DNA of 64,000 nt, taken from Lama glama. Lineage: Eukaryota. Shown piece by piece: positions 12,251-25,439 of this stretch. Positions within the stretch are counted from its first letter, which is position 1; each line of letters starts with the position of its first letter. The notes under the pieces were generated by a model. That model was not told the DNA's origin. It made no database searches and saw only the letters and a list, made by a program, of their open reading frames with translations. The DNA lies in contig CM052817.1 in assembly GCA_028534125.1 (NCBI GenBank), forward strand, positions 41,480,001-41,544,000, read 5' to 3'. A program made the translations under genes and the position numbers.

Positions 12251-12392
12251 AGGCAGCTTTGATGAACCCACCTCCAAGTTCTGCGTTGCTTGTGTGACGG
12301 AAGCGTTTGATTACCTGCATCGACTGGGTATTATCTACAGAGACCTGAAACCAGAAAACTTAATTCTAGATGCTGAGGGATATCTTAAATTG
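12251..12392 (+). CDS. PRKG2: PRKG2 coding exon (~exon 14), catalytic loop: [47 protein letters not shown]
   Basis: Acceptor ttcgttgcag, donor TTG|gtaaga; 142 nt. YRDLKPEN motif. Confidence 0.98.
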
Positions 12393-14519
12393 GTAAGACA
12401 AATTTTGTAACTTACAGTGCCACATGAGTATTTCTACGCACAAAGCTGTGTTATAGTTGCAATTTTCTTTTAATTTTGGTGCATCTGTTATTTTCACTTT
12501 GGGGGATATGGCTTTTGAAATCAGCACACTTAACACAGGGAGCAATGTTACAGTTCTTTTTGGCCTAGGAATTTAATGTTTCAGCCTTATTTGTGACTCC
12601 TACTAAGAGTTCACATTATAGAATGTCTTTAAAATTGAATTCTGTTAGCATTTTTGTATAATGATTTTAAGTGGGTCTTAATAAATTCCTGCCACATATA
12701 GATACTGGCTATGAGGAATAAGGAAGGAAGATAGTATGGCTTTTGTCCCAAGATAGCCAGTCTGTATAGGGAGGAAAGACACATGTATAAATGTTGGTAG
12801 TTTAAAAAAAATCTTTCTAGATGATTCTAAGGTACAACCTGGGTTGAGAATCACAACATTGGACTATAGGTTCCTTGAGGAGAGACTTTCTTGCCATCCA
12901 TATTTGTAATGGATGGCATGCCTAATGTGATTCCCCTTGCATGTCACACTACAGAAAAAAAATGCTACCAGTCACGTAAACTGCTTTCACTATGAAACTG
13001 TAAGAGAACTGGGCAGTCATAATTAAGGAGAAACCAAGACGCTTTGGATCTCAGGAGGGAACCCCATCAAGATGGGGAACCCAAGCTGAGTTTTCCTGAG
13101 TCTATTTTGTCAGTAGCTCAAGGACAGTCAACCATCTCTGAACTTAACATTTACAACGATACTAAAAGTTTCTCACACCAGAACTTTTTTTATGTGGAAA
13201 TAATAGTAACTACCATTTAGTGTGTAAAGCTACTGTGCTAAACATTTTTCAATCCATATGTTTTAACAGTTGATGAGGTAGGTTTTATCATCCACATGTT
13301 ACAGAGTGTAATTTAGCCTTAGGAATTAAATTTATTATGTGTAACTGCTAAGCGATTTCTCTCTATAGTAAAGGAGTAAAAGGAAGTCCTTTCATGTGAA
13401 ATCTGGCCAACTTCCAAGAAACATTTTGATCCATTCAGGTTTTATTTTACTCATGAAAGACAGCTTTGAGAACTAGTGTGGTACTAACACAAAGCCTTAA
13501 TTACTTGTCTTCTTCACAATTCCTTCATTGACAAAGCCTGTGACAGCTCTTTAGAGAAACTGTTTGGAATATTCTCGAAGTAAAACCATCACGAGAGATG
13601 CCAATTATCCATTAGATTCATTTTTTATAGCTGTTTTTGAGAAACAGGTACTATTTATTTCTTTACTACTATAAATTCAATATTTATAGGCAGAGAGGTC
13701 CAGAGCGATCTCTTCTGTTAACCATTCTTATCCATCCAGCTAACTCACGTGCCAGCCAGCTAAATGAAGAGCAATAACTAAAGCCTTTAGAGATTAGAAA
13801 GTAAATGTGGAATATTTCCATTTCTAGCTATATCCTCAAGCTAGATATATTGAAAGTCTCTTACTACAGAAATGTCTAAAGTACTGGATGAAACATGAAA
13901 AGTAGGATTGCATGCATGGCTGAGTTTATAAGACAGCGTTGGAATTCCCCCAAGGCTGGGACTCAAGCTTGAGCAGCTGTGCAGGGTGGGACTCAGACAC
14001 TGACGCTGCTGTCTTGTGGGCAGCCAGCACTCCTAGGTGGCCTAGAGGTTTTATTTTAGTTGCTGTGCCCTCCGGGAACAGGAGACCACGTTTTTGGACC
14101 TGGGCAATGTGGGAAGTTGAATCAGAGAATATTGGCCAGAACCAAGAACCATACGGATTATACCCTTAGAGAAATAGAAAACGGGGAGTGGGGTGGAATT
14201 CTAATTTATAAAAGCAGAGTACATGCAAGAAAACATGCTTTTCTCATTACTGGGCTCTTAGTAGAGGAACAAAAGAGAGAGCCTCCACTAAGAAGACTTG
14301 GCCACAGGCTGGTCTTCATGGAGTCTTGGGTGCCCAGTCTTCAAGGGTGGAAAACTCCAAGGAAAAATTTAAATGAAAATGTATCCATGTTGGTAGCATG
14401 CCCAAGTTTCCAAGAATCAGTGTATATTCTCTCTGGAAGAATGTTCTCTCAACTCAGGATACAAAGGACTCTGAGAGATAAACTTCCAGGGGATATAAAC
14501 TCACATTTAAAATAAAAGA

Positions 14520-14650
14520 AGGGGGTGGTTAATAGCTCCGTGGTAGAATGTGTGCTTAGGATGCACGAGATCCTGGGTTCAGTTCCCAGTACCTCCATCA
14601 AATAAATAAATCTAATTATCCCCTCCCCCCCAAAAAATAAATAAAGTAAA
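14520..14650 (+). mobile_element. tRNA-derived SINE (Vic-1-like)
   Basis: GGGGGTGGTTAATAGCTCCGTGGTAGAATGTGTGCTTAGGATGCACGAGATCCTGGGTTCAG, with AAATAAAT...CCCCTCCCCCCC-A tail. Confidence 0.85.
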
Positions 14651-14883
14651 AATATGCATGAGGAAAAAAGTGCCAGGAGCATTATTTGGCAGACACATAA
14701 GAGTCTCATATATTGGAGTAATCAGATACAAAATGCAAAATAAATACATCCATTGTTTTTTTAAAGTAAAAGAGGGGCTAACAAATAAGTAAGGAACAGA
14801 GACTCTCAAAAAAGATCTAACGTGTTTAGAAAAAAATAACAAATAAAACTATGGAGAAATTAATGTAGTAATAGAAATTCAGT

Positions 14884-17370
14884 ATTCCATGAAAGTTTTC
14901 ATTAATGGTGGAGTAGCTTGAATTGGACTAATCTTGCTGAGACTGAAAGCATTGGAGAGCAACAAGAAATAGACATTCAAGCCTTGAAGAAAGGGACTCA
15001 CACCAGGTGAAATCCACATTAACACCGCTGTTCGTTTCAAAGCACTCATTATGTAAGGCATGGAGCATAAACCTTTAGTTAACATCATACCTAACAGTGA
15101 AATATTGAACATTTTCCACTATATTGTAAGGAAAATAAGAATATTTTCTTTCACTACTCTTTTCAACATTGGTCTTAGCAAAAGAAATGAACCCAGAAAA
15201 AGAAAGGAAAGGCCAAAGATTAGAAAGGAAGAAGCTACCAGTCTTTATTTGCAAACAACATGATTGTTTATCAGAAAAGCATGAAGAATCTACCCAAAAG
15301 GTGCTAGAAAGAGTAAGTAAATTAAGCATGATTACAGGTATAGAGTCAATATACAAATGAAAATTGTATTTTTATAAACTAGTAGTAAATATTTATAAAT
15401 GAAATTAAAATACCATTTATAGTATCAAAAATTACAAAATAATTTTAAATACATTTAATGTGTGAGACCTCTACACTGAAAATGATGAAATTTTGTTGAG
15501 AAAAAAATAAATAAATGGTAATGTTTATAAATTGTATAACTCAATATTTGATAAGACATTCATTCTCCAATTAATCTGCAAATTTAAGGCCATTGCAATA
15601 AAAAAATTATAGCAGCCATTTTTAGAAACTGAGACGTTATTCTAAAATTTACACAGAAATGAAATTTAGAAGAGTCAATAACCACTTTGGAAAAAAAAGA
15701 AAAAGATTGAGGAAATTATTATACCTGATGTCAGACCTACTATAAAACTGGTAATTGAGGCAGTGTGATAATGGTGTAAGGATAAATAGCTTAATCTAAC
15801 AGAATGCAGCCCAGAAATAGACATACACAGTCAACTGATTTTTAGAAAAAGGGGAAAGGCTAGCCTTCTCAAGGTATTGCTGGAACAGTTGGATATGCAT
15901 AGGTGGAATAAGAAGGAACATGACGCTCACCTCACACTGTATAAAATAATTCAGGATGGATCATGGACCTATAAAACATCCAGAAGTAAACATAGGGAAG
16001 TATCTTCAGGACATGGGGTAGGCAGAGATTTCTTGGAACACAACAGTAGTAATCTCAGAAAGCTCGGGCTCCTATAACAAAAATACCACAGACTGGGTGG
16101 CTTAAACAATTTATTTCTCACAGTTCTCGACTCTGGGAAGTTCAGGGTCAGGGTGTTGGAAATGGTCTGGGTCCATTTCCTGTTTTCTCTCTTCACATAG
16201 AGAGAGAGAGAGAGAGAGAGACAGGGAGGGAGAAAGCTCTCTTCTGTCTCTTCTTATAAGGGTACTAATCCTATCATGAGGGTTTCAGCCTTGAGACCTA
16301 ATTACTTCCCTCCAAATACCATCCACATTAAGGATTAGGGTTTCAACGTATAAATTAAGGGGGAGACAAACATGCAGTCCATAATAATTGTATTTCATCA
16401 AAATTAAAACATTCCTGATCATCAAAATACATTGTTAAGAAAATGAACAGCCATGCCATAGACTGGTAGAGAATATTTGCAATATATAATTATATGACAA
16501 AAGTCTTGTATCCAGAAATAGACAAAGAACTCAATAATAAAAGTCAAATAACACAGCTTTTAAAAATGATCAAAGATCTTGAAAAATCATTTTACAAATA
16601 AAGACATAGGAATAATCAGTAAGCCTTATCAACAGTCACTAGGAAATGCAAATTAAAACCACAAAGATGTACGATTTCATACCCACTAGAGTGACTATAA
16701 TTTAAAAGATTGACAATACCAAGTGTTGGTGGGGACATTTCCCTAAATTCCTAGTGGGAAAAGAAAATTATGAACTGTTTGAAGAACAGTTTGTCAGTTT
16801 CTCATAGAGTCAAACATATGCCTCTACTGTGACAAGAAATTCCACTCCTTGGTAGAAATTCTACTCCTTGGTATTTATCCAGGAATATTGAAATCATGTC
16901 TTCAAAAGTTTTAGACAAGAATGTTCATAACAGCTTTATTCCTGAAAGCCCCCAAATCAGAAACAGCCCAAACCTCCATCACCAATCAAATGTATAAACA
17001 TATAGCAGTGCTTCATCAATGGAACTCACCTCAGCAGCCTAAAGCAATGAATTGCTGCAGGCAGCGACATGAATGAACTTTTAAAACTATGTTGAGCAAA
17101 AAGAAAACAGACACAGAAGAGTGTCTTCTTTATGAGGACATTTATTGCAGTCGTAGAATAGATGGTAGAAATTAATACAAGGTCTGCCTTTGGGAGGGGC
17201 ATTTGACTGGAAGGGGGCGTGAGGGGACTTTCTGAGATAAATGGGAGTGTCTGTATCTTGACCATGCGGTGGTTGTGGTTACATGAGTATAATCTGTATC
17301 AAAATTCAATGAGCTGTACCCCAAACACCTGTGCATTTTATTGCTTGTAAATTTTATATCAATTTGAAAA
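14884..17370 (+). mobile_element. Second old L1 (ORF2 3' half and 3' UTR) nested within ORF1 of the larger L1
   Basis: GGAAATGCAAATTAAAACCACAA, GACAATACCAAGTGTTGG and an L1MD/ME-like 3' end (GTAAATTTTATATCAATTTGAAAA). Degenerate TSD GAAATTCAGT / AAAATTTAGT. Confidence 0.7.
16052..16385 (-). mobile_element. MLT1A-like LTR with internal (AG)n
   Basis: ATAACAAAAATACCACAGACTGGGTGGCTTAAACAATTTATTTCTCACAGTTCT...CAGTCCATAA. Confidence 0.75.
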
Positions 17371-17689
17371 TTTAGTGGAAAGATTAAATAGCAGATAATT
17401 CACAAGTAAAGAGAAAAATCAGTGAACTGAAGGATAAATTTAAGCAATTTACACAGAATGTAGCACAGAGGCACAAAAAGATGGGAAATAAGAGAAATGA
17501 GGAGACTTGGGGAGTAAAGTGAGAAATTCCTAAAGTGTTCAATTGGAGGCCAAGGTAAAAATATAGAGAATGAGAGAGAAAAGCAGTATTTAAAGAAATA
17601 ACGGCTGAGAAACTTCCAGAAGTTATAAAAAATACCAATTATCAGGTAATAAATCCCCCATAAATCCCAACTGAAACTAATGTTATTTA

Positions 17690-18205
17690 TTGTAGCTTCT
17701 GTCTTTGCATAACAAAGCACTCCAGAATTTAACTGCTTAAAACAGTAAGAATCATGTATGTTCTCTCACAGGTTCTGTGGGTCAGGAATTTGGGAGTGGT
17801 TCTGCTGGGTGGTTCTGATTCAGGGTGTCTCGGGACGTTTCTGTCAAATGTTGGCTGGGGCTGCAGTCACCTGGAGGCTTGACGGACTTGAGAATCCACA
17901 TCCAAGGTGACTCACTCATAGCAGGCTGATGCTGGCTGTTGTTTGGGCGACTTAATTCGTTTCCATATGAGTCTCTAGGGTTGAATGTCTTCATGGCACG
18001 GTGGCTGGCTTCTCTCAGATGAGTCATCTGAGAGACCGAGGAATGGCTGCAGTGCCTTTGAAGATATTCAGAGCCACCCACCAGCCCTTCCACTGTGTTC
18101 TGTTGGCCGCACGGGGGCAGCCATGATTTATTGTGAGAGAGGACACCTCTGAATCCCAGGAGAAAGGGGTCGTTGAGGCTGTCTTGGATGCTGGCTGTTG
18201 GAGTA
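17690..18205 (-). mobile_element. MLT1 (F/G/H-like) LTR
   Basis: TTCTGTGGGTCAGGAATTTGGGAGTGG...TTGGCTGGGGCTGCAGTCACCTGGAGGCTTGAC. Explains most of ORF 17782..18378. Confidence 0.7.
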
Positions 18206-21171
18206 GCAAAAGTGCAGAACAGAAACAAAGAGAAGGTTGTAAAAGCTATCCATGAGAAATGACGGATTGCATATAAAGGAGTAAAAATCAGGCTTTCAGT
18301 TGACATCTCAACAGCAACCATAGAAACCAAAATGCAGTGAATAAAATCTATAAAATTCTGAGAGAAAATAACTGACAAACATGTATTATAAATCCAGAGA
18401 AATTATCTTTCAAAAAGGGTGAAAAAAAGCCATTTTTAAACAAAGATGAAGAGTGTTTACCACCTACAGACAAAGGATGTGCTTGAGATGAAAAATCCCT
18501 GATGGAGGGTCTGAGATGCAACAGAGAGTGATGACTATAGAAAACTGGTAAACATGTTGTTAAATCTTTCAAAATATGGTGTAAAGTAATAACTATCATT
18601 CTGCTATATAGTATTAAAAGTGAGAAAATGCTAAATAACTGAACAACAGCAGCATGTAAACTGAGAGTAGGCGTAATTGGAATTAAAGTGGGAGAAGATG
18701 TCAGTCATTTTAAAGGAAGCCAGCAAACGAGAAACAGAAAAGCCTGGGGAAAAAATTGAAGAGAAAATGCAAATTGAAAATAGGAAGAAATCTAACATAT
18801 GTAAATAGACTTAACTCTCCAGATAAAACCAAACACTGTTAAATTGATTTTAAAAATTAAAATCAGCTATTATGATGTTTATAAGAGACAGACCTAAAAC
18901 ATGAGAATGCAGAAAGGTTGACATTAAAAGCCTCAGAAAAGATATGTCTGGGAAATATTCAACAAATTGAAATGCAGCTTTCATTATGCTGGTATCAGGG
19001 AAGAAATATTACTAGAGACAGAGAAGGTTACCATATGATGATGAAAGGTTCAGTTTACCAAGATGATACAAAAATCCTTGTCTTTTATTTACCTACTAAC
19101 ATGCTTCAAAAATAAGAAGCAGAATTTGACAAAACTAATAAGGAGAAATTTTTAATTTTTTTATTTTAATACACCTCTTACAGAAATTGATAGAATATTC
19201 AGACTGAAAATCACTAAAACTTTAGAAGATGTGTACAACGGAGTTAATAAACTTGATATAATGGGCTTGTAGAATAATGTTCCCAGTGGTTAGAGAAAGC
19301 ACAGTAACAAAATTGATCATATTCTAGGCCATTAAGCAAGTTATAGCAAATATAAAAAATAGGAGTTGGACTGACAGCTGGCAGCCTAGCAATGGTGCTT
19401 TTACTAAGGTTCTTGGAGGGGGCATGACAGTAGAGGTAGGGGCAGTGGGGGTGCCTGGTCCAGCACATCAGGAATGCACATCTGGATGATGGACACTGGG
19501 CTGTCCAGACTTGGACATAAATGTCCTTGACGATGAACAACTCCTTGTAGAGATAACCTTGACCTCATTCTACAAATTTTGATAGGTGGCATTTTCATCT
19601 TCCTTTATCATTTCTTGGCAATATCAGTGAGGGGTCAGATATCTAAGGACAACAAAAAGGAAAATTTTGGGTTTTGTTTTTGTTTTTGTTTGCTTTTTTT
19701 TTTCCCAGCAAAGAGTAGCCAGTAAAAGCCTGGAAAAAAATACCTAAGTAGGAAAAAGTTCTGGATTTCAAAAGTGTCTCTCTTGAGGCTGTAGAGATGC
19801 GCCCTTCTGAGATAATTACAGAGGATGTGTTTGTAGTGAAGGGTGAAGACCTCACTCTGTTCTTCTTCCCCAATTCATGAGAACTGAGAGTGCCAGCCTG
19901 GTTCAGTCCCACGTGGATCCCACCTGGTCCAAGCTGTCTCCATCAGGAAACATACTGGGTAGAGAGTAAGTTTAGCAGATACTACTGAAGAATCATGGAG
20001 ATTCTCCCATGACTGTCTCTCACCTGCCCATTCAATGATTTCCTAAATCTTTCTCCACTTTCAAGGCTGATGAAGGCAGTCATGGTTAAGAGTCCTTCTT
20101 CTGGTTATCATGAATGAATCAGGGGTAATATTAAGATGTAGGACAGTACTTTAAGAGTCTGAAGAAAAACCCAGCTTGTTCTCAACCCAAGCAGAATTTA
20201 TATAGTAGCTATCCTTCTTGGGGTTGCAGAGGAGAAAACTTGGTTGTAATCCAATAAATCTCAGATGTCATTCATCAGTGAGTGTTCTGTATGATTGTGC
20301 TCTTAACTCATGTAGGTAATACACCTCATGTGATAACAGAACACATCACTCTTACTTCTTTTACTTAGGTGGAGTATAGTAGAAGAAAATACAGTGTCAA
20401 ACATTAAATGTTGACACTGTTGCCTGCTTCTTTATGATCTAGCTGCTCCTGTATGCTCATAGCCCCATGATGACAGAAACTGTGCTGCCGTATTTACCGC
20501 TAGACTTAGCACACAGCTTAGCATGGAAGAATAAATGAAAGATCAGTGGGGCAGCTTCCTTCTCATTCCCAAAATAGGAACATGGAGGTTTCGTTCACCA
20601 ACGTCAAAGTATTTAAGGTAGAGATCAATAACAAAATTGAAAAAATGGGAAGAAACCACTAAAAATATTTGAATTCACCTCACTGGAATTTTAGGAATAT
20701 TTCAAAATAATTCAAGGATGAGTGAAGAGGAAATTTTTATGAATATTATGAAACAGAGTTGCATAATAGAGGATTTTACATATCAACACATGTGGGTTGC
20801 AACTAAAATGATAGTGAGAGTAATGTTTATAGCCTTTAATGTTTCAAGTAGGAAATAAAAACAGCTAAAAATTAATAAGCTAAGCATTCAACTTAAGAAG
20901 ATGGAAAAGGGGTAAAAACAAAAGAGAAGGAACAAAATAAAGTTAAGGAGATGAATTAATAAAATGTAAAATAAAAGGATACAGAGCCAGGATGTTTTGA
21001 AAGTTTAATACAACTAACAACCTTGAAAATACTGATCAAAAGAAAAAGAGAAGAGGTACAGATAAATGTGATTATGCATGAACATATGTACAGTTAGTAA
21101 AGATTCACATGGATTAGAAAGGATTTGGGCAACTCTGCTACTATATATGAAGTGTGTATATAAATATATAT

Positions 21172-21416
21172 ATGGTTGGGCTCTGGTGAGAGCTCTCTTC
21201 CTGGTTTACAAGTGGCTGTCTTCTCACTGTGTCCTCACATGATGGAAAGAGATGTCATCTTTCTTGTCTTTTGTCATAAGGGCACAAATCCCATTCATGA
21301 GGGCTTCACCCTCATGACCTAATTACCCGCCAAAGGCTCCTGCCTCCAAATATCATCACATTTGGGAATAGAGCTTCAACATAGGAATTTTAGAGAGAGA
21401 CATTCAGTCCGTAGCT
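21172..21416 (-). mobile_element. MLT1A-like LTR fragment
   Basis: TCTGGTGAGAGCTCTCTTCCTGG...ATAAGGGCACAAATCCCATTCATGAGGGCTTCACCCTCATGACCTAATTAC. Confidence 0.75.
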
Positions 21417-22356
21417 CACCAGATGCAGAGAATTTACTTCAAGGACTTATAATATGAACCTTATGCAGATTCTTTCAGAAAACAGTAAAAGATAATTTCC
21501 ATCTTATTCTATGAAGCTAGTGTAAACTTGATTCTCCAAAGGAAATGCCTAAGGAAGGCAAATTAATGTCCAATCTCACTTACGAATTTAATGTTAAAAT
21601 CATAAGCAAACTATTAGCAAATTGAGTACTACAATTAATACAAATGATAACAGTGCATCTTAACAAGTTAGATATATCTCAGGAATGCAAGCATAGTTAA
21701 ACATTAAAAGTTTTATTGAACCAAGTCACCACCTTAATAGATTAAAAAAAGAAAAACAATTGCTTAAGTACCTCAAAAGATGCAGAGAAAATTTTGATGT
21801 TTCCACATTCAGTTATGATAAATTCTCTTAGCAAACTTGGAATAGAAATACATTTTATTAACCCAAAGAAAGATACCTAACAAAAATTTAAACACTGTAC
21901 ATAATGATGAAGCATTTCAAGTATGCTCTTAAAAATCAGCAGTATAAGCACTTCTCACTAGTATTTTACAGGAGGTTCTACCTGGTGCACTGAGATATAG
22001 ATAAAATTAAATGAAAAATTGGCACATACACAACAAAACTTATTTCCCTTGTGATATGATTAACTCTATAGAAATCCAGAATGTAACACCAAATTACTAA
22101 AATGTAGAGAGTTTAGTATTGATACAGGCTGTAAGATTTATAATGCAAGAGCTCTACACAGAGCTCTTTAAATACCAGAAATATAGCTGACAAATAGGAA
22201 TACAAATGCCATTGAAAAAAAGTCTAAAATATAACATATATTTATATAATGTAAATAAAATATAATGTATCTAGGAATAAATCTGACAAAAAAGTGTAAA
22301 AGCTTTATTGATAAACTTATACAAATTGATAGAAAGACATTAAAAAGACCTAAATT

Positions 22357-22716
22357 CATTCTCTTTTGGGCACAGAACTAGAACTTCTATGTGGCTAGTT
22401 GTGGCCACGTGGTACAGCTCGAGCTTGCGCGATGTGAGCTGCATGCTGTGCCCCGCTGTCAGACCTGGGCTGATGAGGGTCTTCGCAGCTGGTTTCTGTG
22501 CAGCCTTTCTGGCTCCTGGCCGATGAGCACAGGCAATTTGAAGTTGGCAGAGCCCTAAGAAGGAAGGAGCCCGCATCTCTGAGCCACTGCTTGGAGGAGA
22601 TTTCCGTGCTGCTCAGGAAAACCCATTATGTGAGGAAGAAGTAAACGAATGTAGAGTTTAAGCTTTTATACTTTCTTGAATATGTTTGTTGCAGTAACTA
22701 GCATAACCCTAACTCA
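22357..22716 (+). mobile_element. MLT1I/J-like LTR
   Basis: GGCAGAGCCCTAAGAAGGAAGGAGCC...CTGCTTGGAGGAGA...TTTGTTGCAGTAACTAGCATAACCCTAACT. Confidence 0.6.
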
Positions 22717-25439
22717 GAAAGATGTATTAGGTTGAAAAATAGGATGATTCAAATCAACCATTCTTTAATTTTAAAAAATTAAAAACAAAGCGAAACAAAA
22801 CAATATAGTATATAAAATACATATACAAAAAAATAGGAAGGGCCAACATCCTAAAGATACCAGCCCCATCTGATAACCTTCCTGTGATACCCTCTGCTTC
22901 CAGCAGAGCACTCCATGAAGCTTGGCAAGCTGATTCTAAAGTCTGTACAAACTGACCAAAAGCCAGGATAGCCAAGACATTTCTAAGGGCAAACAAGAAC
23001 AGAGTGGGTGGGAATTCTCTCAGATATCAGAACTAATTATAATGCTCTAGCTCAAACGAATTACTAAGGGGGGTGCAAATTAAAAACACATGGACTTAAT
23101 ACATACAGATGGCAAAAAAGAAAAGCGGATGTCACTAAAGGATGGTAAGGATGTAAAGCACTAGGAACTCTTGAACACTGCTGCTGTGAAGGGGTTGGAG
23201 ATATAAGTGCCTAAAGAAAATAATTTGACAGCATGTAGTGAAGTTGAATGTACCATATCTTTGACCCAGAAATTCTGCCTTCTTAGACATGTCCAGTAGG
23301 CAAAGTGGAAAATGATGTTTTTGATGTGCTAACGCACCATTAGATGTAAGACAAATTTCCATCAAGAGCATTAATGGACAAAAGCATTTATAGCAGGGAA
23401 AATAACTGTACTGCGATATGGATTAAATTCAAAAATATGATTTTAAGTGAAAAAAGGCAATTTGCCCAAGAATAGATAAGATTTATCTAAAAGTTTTAAA
23501 AATGAGAACTATGTATCATTTAAAGATATTAGGTATGTGGTTAAGTTAGAAATCAACGCAAGCAAATGATAAATACCAAAAGTCAGAGTGACGGTGACCT
23601 GTTGGCAGTAGGTATGGGAGGGACGCACACGGTGACCTGTTGGCAGTAGGTCGGAGGACAGTATGGGAGGCACAGGGCTTCTGCAGTGGTTCTCTGCTAA
23701 CTATTCCACTGGTCGTGGGTACGGTACAAGGGTGCTTTCATTATCACGCTTTATAACTTGCATGTATGACACATTATATGTGTCAAGTATTTCATAACTT
23801 GAAAAATAAAAATAACCATCAACTCTAACTAGATTCTTTTTGCCAGACTATTAATAGATGTACTTAGTAAATGACAATGAAGCTTTTCTCACCAACATGC
23901 TTAAAATATGTTGCTCCTTTTCCCTTAAAAATCTACTTACTCATCAGTTTACCTATTATGAGAAGGTTCCTTTGGAACTTAGTTTTAGTCTTATCTCAAG
24001 GATCCATGACCTTCCTAGACTTTAGTTTTGTCATCTCTAACATTGGGATATCATACTTTTGAATTTAATCCCTAACTCATGAAGCTGTTGCAAAAATTAC
24101 ACAGATACATCTTATTGAAACCGATGTTAACAGTTATCTCCTCGTTCAGATTTTTTCACTAAACACATGGCAAACATCTGCTGTGCTACAAATGCTGTGA
24201 GGGGTACAAAATAAATAGGATGTAATGCTTTTTTTCAAGGAGCTAGATTTATTCACACACAACTAGACGATGCTTCCGCAGGGGATGTAATTGTGGAATA
24301 TAAACAGTGTTAAAGAACCTTGTAAGAGGAAAGAGTTGGTTCTGTAAATTCAAAGGCTTCAAAGAGGTGGCGGCATATGAGATGAGCCCTCAATGATTTG
24401 ATTTTTTTGTTTGCTCTCGTGTATGCAAAGCTCCCCTACACCTTTCCCATGTTCCACTAAGCACTCCCAGTGTTGCAGGTGAGTCACCAGAGCCCCCTGA
24501 AGAGTGCGGTGCTGCTAGGAAGGACTCTTAGCCTCTCTCACTCGCTCTTCCACCCAGTGGAAGCCATCCACGTTGTCCGTTTTAGTGGATGGATGTTAGT
24601 ATCATAAGGACATGAAACCCTCTTTGGTTGTTCGTGGACAGAGTAAACAGATTCCATCTTCCCCTTGTCTAGACTTGGGCAAAGCAAGTGCCCTAAAAAT
24701 GCCACATAAATATTTTCTTTGGAAGGTACATCTCCATGACTCATCTGGCTTAATTAAACTGGTCATTTTGTATCCTTTTTTTTTTTTTCATGTGAGCAAA
24801 AGAACCAATAGCTGACACATTTACTGACCCAGAGAGAAACTTCTGGGAAAAAGCTACTGCTTCCTGGACAGCAGCTCCAGCAAGCCACAGCACTGATTTT
24901 TCTGTCTAAAGGAACCAATCATTGCTGCAGATTTAGAAGCATCGTAATATCTTCTGGTTGATTAAAATCTTTGGAGACTTAATGTTTTTAAGCTTTCAGC
25001 ATAACATAAGCTGCCTTTCATGATGGGGATCAAACAGAGAGACAAGGGAAAACCTGTGTGCAGCTTCTCCAGAGATTCTTCATGGAAGCTTAGTTCTGCT
25101 AGGAAAATTTTTTTTAAAAAGGAAGCATGGAAGACTATCTTCTTTTCTTCTGGAATAATCCCTTTAAAACATTAGCTGGGCCATGCATAACCCTCCTATT
25201 AATACTCCAATGGCCTCTTAGGAAAAGAAGTCTGAAGTTTTTTCTGAGGTTTGCGGGACCACTACACAATCCACCCTCACTGCTGCCTCTCTTCCCTCAC
25301 ACACCAGGGCCCAGACACAGTGGCCTTCTTGCCAATCCCTGATCTTAACCACACATGTTCCCAGAGGCTAGAGCCTTTGTACCAACTCTTTACTGTCAGA
25401 ATCACCCTTGCTCAGATTTCTCAGATCACTCATTGTTCT

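Larger units (their letters stand above)
13730..23815 (+). mobile_element. Ancient near-full-length L1 (L1M-type), degraded and split by nested insertions
   Basis: ORF1-like sequence at ~14650-14880 and 17370-18480, endonuclease-like at ~18780-19364, ORF2/RT-like at ~20571-22350, 3' region ~22720-23815. Sense strand is A-rich; no intact ORF. Confidence 0.7.

Noticed and set aside
17782..18378. Longest ORF in the track (198 aa, minus strand)
   Set aside because: Spans an MLT1 LTR and antisense L1 ORF1 sequence; no recognisable protein, so a chance ORF in repeats.
19404..19620. Protein-like minus-strand translation (EDENATYQNL) suggesting a hidden gene exon
   Set aside because: Resembles the L1 ORF2 motif ENTTYQNLWD with a stop codon; it is an L1 fragment inside the 1.2-kb insert.
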